From: an uncultured Acidimicrobiia bacterium
GTDB taxonomy: Bacteria > Acidobacteriota > Terriglobia > Versatilivoradales > Versatilivoraceae
Assembly: GCA_963786955.1 (NCBI GenBank)
Contig: CAWBAT010000008.1
Location: 192,001 to 256,000 of the forward strand
Reading direction: 5' to 3'
Length of the DNA: 64,000 bases
In this document: positions 63,531 through 64,000 of the stretch, piece by piece
Layout: each line of letters opens with the position of its first letter
How positions within the stretch are numbered: the first letter of the stretch is position 1
The notes under the pieces: generated by a model
Seen by the model: only the letters and a program-made list of their open reading frames with translations
The model's database searches: none
Told to the model about the DNA's origin: nothing
Position numbers and translations under genes: made by a program

Positions 63531-64000
63531 ATGAGAATTCACGGGTTGTCCATTCTTTTCATCTTGGCTGCCTATAATTTCTTCGCTTTTCAGGCTTCCG
63601 TTCTGGCCGAGTCATCCAACACTGTCAAGAGTCAGTCCACTGAAGAAAGGCTGGCCGCGATTGAAGGGAAGTTACAACAACTGGAAGACCGGTTGGATCA
63701 AGCGCTCGGAACTGGCGGCCAGAAACTTGACGTCACTGGAGGTTTGGCGAAAGCCGCTTTGGTAACTCCCATCCCTGAACAACTGGCTGCCCTGGATCAA
63801 AAGCTGCGCATCGTCGAAAGGAACAAAGAGCTTGATGCTGAGGCCGCGGCAACCAAGTTAAAAGAAACGCCGATCGTGTCCGCAGGAAAGGAAGGATTTT
63901 GGATCAGATCCGCGGATAACAATTTTCAGTTGAGGGTGGGAGGCCATTTACAAGCGGACAGTCGATTTTACACGGAGAGCGACCCCGCAATCATTTTGGG
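63531..64000 (+). CDS. OprO/OprP-like anion-selective porin, 5' part (runs off window)
   Basis: GGAGAGGAG RBS; signal peptide, coiled coil (LAALDQKLRIVER), then GF.I.SAD..F.L...G.LQ.D.R. Confidence 0.75.
   Translation, partial: MRIHGLSILFILAAYNFFAFQASVLAESSNTVKSQSTEERLAAIEGKLQQLEDRLDQALGTGGQKLDVTGGLAKAALVTPIPEQLAALDQKLRIVERNKELDAEAAATKLKETPIVSAGKEGFWIRSADNNFQLRVGGHLQADSRFYTESDPAIIL

Overview
About 50-52% GC bacterial chromosome segment. Gene content and order suggest Acidobacteriota (inference). 1-29 kb is mostly housekeeping: rlmH end, URO-D-like, DksA/TraR, ComF, BsuPI-domain protein, a divergent GT-C/GT2 pair, pepP-efp, selA, purH, TPR-ispE-tRNA-Gln-prs-rplY-pth-rpsF-rpsR-rplI-dnaB-alr-radA-PIN/TRAM-ispD. 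Next come an FAH-family gene, a DRE-TIM/ptb/ackA operon, an FG-GAP surface protein and an MltF-like gene. 40.1-62.7 kb is a block of eight large glycoside-hydrolase-like genes: GH36, two paralogous clan-D-like proteins, two unassignable proteins, a degenerate GH2 and two GH38-like proteins, three of them with Tat signals. The window ends with an Rrf2 regulator and an OprO/P-type porin. Many genes between 18.5 and 58.7 kb, including essential ones, carry single-base frameshifts, most likely long-read consensus errors. Intergenic DNA holds at least four classes of dispersed repeats: GTAG/GGAG/GTGG REP-like hairpins, C/G-box hairpins, inverted heptamer arrays and inverted nonamer pairs. It also holds a nested MITE-like element in two copies. 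Best candidates for something new: the atypical CAZyme locus, a perfect 16-bp inverted repeat enclosing the promoter region between the FG-GAP gene and mltF (possible inverton), and the nested MITE/REP element. No CRISPR, prophage, transposase or defence system was seen.
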